From: Klebsormidium nitens | Taxonomy: Eukaryota; Plantae; Klebsormidiophyceae | DNA length: 51,019 nt | Assembly: GCA_000708835.1 (NCBI GenBank) | Contig: DF237565.1 | Location: 1 to 51,019 of the forward strand | Direction of reading: 5' to 3' | Shown here: piece by piece, positions 45,301-51,019 of the stretch | Position numbering within the stretch: the first letter of the stretch is position 1 | Layout: each line of letters opens with the position of its first letter | The notes under the pieces: generated by a model | Databases searched by the model: none | What the model was told of the DNA's origin: nothing | Seen by the model: the letters and a program-made list of their open reading frames with translations, nothing else | Made by a program: the position numbers and the translations under genes

Positions 45301-45861
45301 TGCAACACAGAACTTCAATAAAGTGTCCAGTGGGATGATAAGGGCTTCATAACTCGACACAGACACCTTATAGTAGCAGTACTTGTGTATGCAAGTCAAG
45401 CTGCAAGTCAAAATTTGACAGTGGCTGCAATAGATCACATGCAGCTGCTGGTCTCCAGCCAACATGCATGCTGGCCATGCATCATCTGAGGACGAATAAC
45501 ACTACCATAGAGCAAGCAGCACCACTAAGAAGCAAACAACAAGCCAGATTGAGCCTTTTCAGCTGCAAGATTTGCACGGTGGTCGCAGCAGCTCAACAAC
45601 AGCTTCAGAGCACCACCACCATGTGTGAAAGCAGAAAGCCAACGTAAAACCTCCAGCTTTCTTGACAATGTGCTTCAGGGGGCCTTCAGCGCACCTCTCA
45701 TCTTTCGGCACGGTGGCAAGTCTCATGCGATCCCTCCCTGACAAATTTTCCAGGGCAGCCTCTTGCAAAGCCTCCTCGTCGATCCTGCTCCTTGAGGGCC
45801 CTGACTCCTGGAAGCTGAAACTCTGCCTCGGCAGGCCTTCCCCAAGGTCGGCCGCCGCCAT
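27312..45861 (-). CDS. PDR: Full-size ABCG (pleiotropic drug resistance, PDR) transporter, NBD-TMD-NBD-TMD, ~1533 aa
   Basis: 34 exons: 45861-45695, 44860-44705, 44344-44224, 43840-43757, 43542-43293, 43075-42999, 42716-42618, 42321-42249, 41880-41789, 41533-41447, 41174-41055, 40573-40325, 39950-39804, 39335-39198, 38792-38764, 38023-37863, 37348-37162, 36630-36554, 36308-36192, 35685-35602, 35189-35109, 34740-34618, 34285-34170, 33750-33603, 33225-33044, 32518-32350, 31793-31588, 31114-30981, 30411-30184, 29807-29636, 29303-29216, 28735-28565, 27775-27737, 27541-27312 (4602 nt, phases consistent). Plant PDR signatures present: [116 protein letters not shown]. Confidence 0.96.
28021..28600 (-). 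repeat. Tandem array (~98-112 bp period) of the PDR exon-32 3' end plus its 5' splice site
   Basis: Plus-strand core ggcttac-tgcgcggc.gcggcag recurs at 28561 (real donor), 28463, 28357, 28248 and 28136, and faintly at ~28036. Confidence 0.85.
30480..30723 (-). repeat. Two decayed tandem copies (~155 bp period) of the PDR exon-29 acceptor and exon start
   Basis: 30480-30572 (ctccacgccgggcgcgggctcggactctccccaatcgtccgctctagttgcctgg) matches the real exon at 30323-30415, but the TAC codon has become TAG. A third, more decayed copy lies at ~30640-30723. Confidence 0.85.
31429..31498. repeat. 35-bp tandem duplication in a PDR intron
   Basis: gatgctcccagacaa...cacttctagt occurs twice. Confidence 0.8.
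32214..32276 (-). repeat. Intronic decayed copy of the PDR exon-26 3' end with donor
   Basis: Copy cacctgacg..aagatgatgacgaatcggccaccagcttgacggcgatggtaagc versus real cacctgacg..aagatgatggacggattagccaccagctcgacggcgatggtgagc (32347-32415). Confidence 0.85.
32895..32962 (-). repeat. Intronic decayed, in-frame copy of the PDR exon-25 3' end
   Basis: Translates as [18 protein letters not shown] versus real [18 protein letters not shown], gapless and offset by 147 nt. Confidence 0.8.
35954..36032. repeat. 43-bp tandem duplication in a PDR intron
   Basis: ctgctcacatcctag(g/a)agatgaca...atgtcaa occurs twice. Confidence 0.8.
38122..38209 (-). repeat. Intronic frameshifted copy (pseudo-exon) of the PDR exon-16 acceptor and 5' part
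   Basis: 25-nt identity aaccagtacgtgaagaacctgcggg at 38185-38209 versus 38006-38030. Homology continues with small deletions through gcgcgagcgccatgct and atgaccat.ttgcg. Confidence 0.9.
40907..41012. repeat. 54-bp tandem duplication in a PDR intron
   Basis: gatctcaaggcacctc(c/t)acggtaaga(a/g)aaccatgggca...gaacgcc occurs twice. Confidence 0.85.
41654..41685. repeat. Perfect 16-bp tandem duplication in a PDR intron
   Basis: ccgtgggccccttttt occurs twice. Confidence 0.8.
42166..42193. repeat. Perfect 14-bp tandem duplication in a PDR intron
   Basis: gggcagataggcga occurs twice. Confidence 0.75.
44345..44704 (-). other. GC-AG intron (PDR intron 2)
   Basis: The exon ends RERIDR at GACAG|GCAAGC (phase 2). 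The next exon resumes G-GTT-GGG-ATT, giving the conserved PDR peptide [17 protein letters not shown]. Confidence 0.85.
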
Positions 45862-46876
45862 GGTGAGACGAGCTCAAGCTCAATGCACTGCTGTGAGGTT
45901 GCCTGCCGCCTGCTCGCGACAATGGCCGTGCAGATTCAAATGGTGGTGTGCCTGTTTTACGGACTACACCATCAACCTATTCAAGTGTTGACCACTCCAC
46001 CTATCTGATCAGAGAATGATCCAGAATGCAGCTGAATCCTAATCACCAAGAGCTGGTTCCTTCTTGAAGAACTCAAAGCACTCCAGCCCTGCTCTTGTCG
46101 AAGAGTGACTGCCACAATGTGCTGATGGGAAGTGGGCGTGAGCAATCTTGCCTCCTCGATTCTGTGGCTTCGAAGCGTCTAGGCTCTACAGTATGTATTC
46201 ATTGCCTTTCTTTGTGGGCGAGACACGGAGGCGACCACCTTTTGACCTTTGGCATAATCCTCTCCACAAGCCGCCCACATATGATTACGAGCCTTCGCGC
46301 TCTTCAGCTTTGCTGATCTCAGGGCGGTCGTCAGCAGAGTCCAGCTGTAACGCTGTGGGCGCAGCATTTCCATCTTGCATACGACGTAGCCTGGCCTATG
46401 CCTGACACGTGGTGAGTCGAGGTTGCAGACCAACTGTGTTTGCGGATTCTCCTTGATTCTGTTGGGTCTTCTCGACGAATCAGAGACCTAGAAGGTAGTC
46501 ACATGGTACTGTGTAGACTCTCGAGCTTCGCAGCCCGTCCGAATTTTGGAAGGGTTGTAGATTACCGTCCGATAAGCTAACTGAGCAGTCGTTTTGCTCG
46601 GGCCAAATCGATGCATACCTAAATTTAGGACCTACCGTACCTATGCCAATGCCATACTTCTACCATAGGTACTCCTATTTACCATAGGCCAGGCCCACAG
46701 TATCGCAAGCTAGATCGAGGGGCTCACTTCACATTTACAAATGTAGCTGGGCGTTCCATGAAAAGGCCAGCTCTAAGGAAAAGCGCGAGGGGAGAGGGTG
46801 AGCTAGAATGTGAATGTAGAGAAGATACAAAATAGGCTTTGGCATTTGAAGGATTGATCCTGCATTAATAAGGCGC

Positions 46877-49800
46877 ATGGCAGTGCGGAGGATGTTGCGG
46901 GGCGTCATCTTTGATATGGATGGGTGAGTTCCCATGGAGCTCAGAGATCCATCGAATGCAATGCTGGACCAGACCATGTCAGATTCTGCTCTCACTTTTT
47001 GTTTAAAAAGACAAACAGCTTATCTGCTCTTCTTCCAGCCACTCTGGTGGCTTTCCTGTTCCAATGGCATCATCTGCATTGCATTACATTTAGAAGGTTA
47101 AGTTTGTCAACTACGCTCTCTTTGTCAGCTCCGCTGCGTCATCTGTTCTTGGATATCTGCCACTGCGAGCATGTTTGCGGGTCGCTGAATCAATCTGCCC
47201 TTTTGATTGTCCAACATGTTGGCCCCCTAAAAGTTGCTTGCTGAGGTAGTGCGTGTATTAAGCGGCACCACCGCATTGAAATCGTTGCTGAGATTCCTCT
47301 CATCGTGACACATTTTCCAAAGCTCCTCAGAGATTCTCAGACTGTGCAAGGACCAAAAGTGCAAGGAATGTTGAAAAGCAGTTGACGCCACTCGGTAGAT
47401 TTCAAAAACTGTCCGTTGCTTATTAAGAAGAGTCACCCTGGGCATCTTCAAACGTGCTCGTCAGGGCCAGACCTTCACCTTCACCATCCTAAAAGAATCG
47501 TGCTTTTCTGTGGTTCACTTCTATCTGCACATCATTCCCTTGAGGATCGTGCTTTTTTGTTCTTACCTCCACTCCCAGAGTCAAGCCATTGACATTGCAT
47601 TTGGTGCTTAACCAGGTTTGCTGACCATGCAGGACGCTCACCGTGCCTTGTCTCGACTTCTTCGAGATGCGTCGGCGATGCGGGGTCACTCAGGGGGACT
47701 TGCTCGTGGAGATTGAGAAGATGTCTCCAGCCAAGAAGCAAGCGGCGATTGATGTCATCACGGAGATGGAAACAGAGGCTAAGGAAAAGATGGAGATCAT
47801 GCCAGGTGAGGGAAGCGGCCAATATGTCCTTTTATATCCCTCAGTTTGCTTTCACGTGACTTGTACTTGATTTTAACTTTCACCGCTTGTGTACGCTTCT
47901 GTCGAGTTGGTCCTGTTATCGGCAATCTGATGGTTGTCTGTTGAGCACCTCCATAAATGCAAGCTGGTAATCAAGCGACTGGTTTTTGTAATGCAGACAC
48001 TGGAAATGGTTCTGAAGAAGAGGATTGACATTTCTTCAGCAAAAGTCTGGCTTGATTCCGGCGCAGTGATGAGTACTTTCACTGGGTTCTAACAGTTGAT
48101 TCAAAGCTTTAGGTTAACCATTCTGCTATGAGTAGCCCTGACCTGAGTTGCTTGACACTTGAGTAGGCTTTCAATAGCTGCATCATAAAAGCTGGGCCTC
48201 CTTTCAGTACTATCAAGCCTTTCATACTGCGCTCGTGCTTTGAAGAGAGGGCTCTCATTGATTGTTCGTATTCATGAGGTTTTACCTCTCATGCAGGGGC
48301 CAAAGATCTCTGCGACTTCCTAGATCAGAGGAATATTTGGTGAGTATTGCAATTAGTATCCTTGCGGTCTCTCTTGAGATGCTCGAGTTCTGGACAGATT
48401 TTCAAGAAGAATCTAAAAGATGGCGCGCTGAAATGTTCTTTCCCTTGCAGTAATCTGTTGGGAAGATCAATTTTAACGAGCCTTTTCATCAGGATAGCAA
48501 ATCAACAACTTAGTCGCCTTGAAAAGTTTCGCGGACGGATAACGGCCAGTGCTCTCGACCAATCAGAACGTAAGGAATGTCTGCATTGGAAGTGAAGGGC
48601 ACAGTTGAATCATTCAAAAGTGCACCGGTAGTACCTGAGTTAAACAGTGCCAATAGGGACAGGTCTGATGAACACATCTTGAAGAGACCCTCTCATTTCA
48701 GTCAAGGCAAAACGATTTGTTGGCCAGGGCCGCTGTGCGTCTCAGACCGTTGTGTTGTCATGGCCAGAGGCTTTGTGCTACAGGCGCGGCCTCGTCACAC
48801 GCAACGTCAGCTCGTCCGTCGACCACCTCCACCGCAAGATGGGGGTGAGACAAAGCGGTCAATATGACCCTCGGAACTTCTGCCCGTTGTTTCTCTGTTA
48901 TCAATTAAAGCAATCACGAGAGAACGAGCTTTCCATTCCAAAAGCTATTATTTGTATGCGTAGCGGAGAAAAAGATTGGGTAGGGCCGTATGAAAGGAAA
49001 GATGATCTTGGCGTTGCGACCTAAGCATCGCTCGGTCACAGGGCCTGCAATGGGCCTACTTGCTGGGTCATAAACCTAAGCCTGTGCATATCGACATCTT
49101 ACCTGGTTTCCTATCCTTCCCCATTCGCACTTGTTGCGGAACTGCTCGGCTCCTGTCGACTTTGACTTTTAACCACTCTCTCGCTCTGCGCGCCTGGGCC
49201 TGCTGTGCTTCATTTGTGACGGCCGAGTCTTACTTTCCTGGTTTTTCCAATCTTCTTTCTTTTGTGGATTTCTGAGCTCCTGGAATTTTGGGGTTTCTAA
49301 AAGAGAACAAAACGCGACTTCTCCGAAGCAGGAACTCGAGTTACTAGAAGTAGATGAGGAACTCTGCTCGTGACGACCTAGATCTGGCTTTGCATTCTCG
49401 AGGTCTACCCAAGCTGACGTCTCCCGGAGTTGGCGCACCAAATTCGCCACCTGCAGGTCAGGTTATGAAGCAGAGTCCTCTGTTTCTTTTGATCGCAAAT
49501 GGGACTAACGCCCCAGCCGTGCTCCGCTGCCTCGCAGATAACGCCGTTCTGGCCGGCGCTCGCTCGCGACTTCTTGCCGTTCAAGCCGGACCCCGCGCCG
49601 CTGCTGCACATCTGTGAGGCGTGGAAGGTGCAACCATCGGAAGTGATGATCGTCGGGGATAGCGCCCGGGACGATGTGAGCCACACGCTCCTATTGCTTC
49701 ACTGAAGTTGATTTGCTTTTGTGGGATCCGGCTGTAGGGAGCAGAAAGTGCATTGCCGTAAAAGAACTCGATGAAGGGGCCGGAAAACCGCGTTGACGGT

Positions 49801-50542
49801 TCAAATGGGTTTGTTATTTTTAGTTACAGTGTACGGGTTCCAACCGCAATGGACGCTGTTGTCGATTTTTCCAATACATCCGGTCAAACATGAACGTTCA
49901 TAAGTTTATTTAACGATCTTTCGCTGTTGGCGCCCATCAGCTGGGATTGATACTTTTTTTTACCGTTACAAGCACGATTTTGGAAGATCATCTTGGAAAG
50001 TGATGCTTTGCTCAGCTAGTCAAAGTTACAACTTCCTTCTTACCTTTTCTTCAATTCAAGGTTCGGGTCGTCAGGAGATTGGTTGCAACGGTCGTAATGG
50101 TCAATCGTTGAGCTTCTTGTGGAAATGTTTCTCTGGATAAAATCTTGTGGGTCAATGATGAAAAGCCTTTCCCGCTTGTCAAATCTGTTTACGAAAACTC
50201 GGCAAACATCGTGATTCTGTTCATATTTGTTGAGGAAGCCCCTGCCTTCGTGACATCGTTGTTGGAATCCCGCTTTTGAGGAATTGAGAACCTGCTGCCA
50301 TTCGAAAACCCATGCTTACAAACATAACGTCGCCTTGCGTGCAGATTGTCATGGGGAGAGTTGCTGGCTCGTACGCTGTTCTGATAGACACGGAACAAAA
50401 GTATGGGCCCATTGAATCCCTTCCAGAGTTGCAAAGGCCTCATTATAAGGTAACTTCATTAGCAGAGGTCGGCCACATTCTGCAAACCAAATTTGAGTTG
50501 GTGCCAAAGGAGGGCGTTGCTGAAAGGGAGTCAGCACTATGA
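46877..50542 (+). CDS. HAD-superfamily hydrolase (subfamily IA; At2g33255/YOR131C-like), ~219 aa
   Basis: Exons 46877-46923, 47633-47805, 48297-48339, 48784-48844, 49538-49675 and 50345-50542 (660 nt). Motif I VIFDMDGTLT (split by intron 1), motif II GLVTRN, motif III KPDP, motif IV VMIVGDSARDD. Confidence 0.92.
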
Positions 50543-51019
50543 TGACATCGCTGCCTGGTTGCTCTAGGCACACTGAGCGGCGACCACATGGATAAAATCC
50601 GATCGCGCTTTTCATACATTGATAGCTCATGGTCATGCGGCCTGCAATAACTTCACAGTGAATCCCTACTAAAATTGCGCAGCGCATGCATGCAACCGGC
50701 CTTTCACCAGAATTTTATGAGCGAAATCGTTATGGGCAACGATCGATATTGCAATCTAGTTATTGCTTCCGGCTTCTGCTTGATACAGGAACAGGCTTGC
50801 TAAGTGATCAGGCCAAACTAAGTTGCATGCAGCCTCAAGTTCAAACAGAAGCAAGTACAGCCTACTCAACGTACGTGTGAAATTTGATTACGTAACATGT
50901 CGCGATTTGAATGGGTTCATGGCGGCAGCATGCAGGCGCGCACTACAACAGGTAAGCGATCGATGGCAGGCACTAAGTACAGACCTGATCGATGGCAAAG
51001 CCCCGCAAGAATATAAGGA

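Overview
Eukaryotic, intron-rich nuclear DNA from a green-plant lineage. A charophyte alga such as Klebsormidium is inferred from a plant-type PDR transporter and a plastid M41-like protein occurring together with a cilium-associated MAPK15/ERK7 kinase. I assembled six spliced protein-coding genes by hand from splice consensus and reading-frame phase. They form three head-to-head pairs: (1) a Tudor + SAND-like chromatin protein (-) with (2) an FtsH/M41-like HEAGH protein (+); (3) Tudor-SN (-) with (4) a MAPK15/ERK7-like kinase (+); (5) a 34-exon full-size ABCG/PDR transporter (-) with (6) a HAD-family hydrolase (+). I saw no tRNA, rRNA, CRISPR array or intact transposon. The most unusual signal is in the PDR gene, where at least five introns carry decayed tandem copies of the adjacent exon end together with its splice site. 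One donor junction has 4-5 extra copies about 100-110 bp apart. Other points: two GC-AG introns share the donor AG|GCAAGC, gene 1 has an unfamiliar domain architecture, and there is a dense CATG/RY cluster between convergent genes. All gene models and homology calls come from reading the sequence, without database searches.
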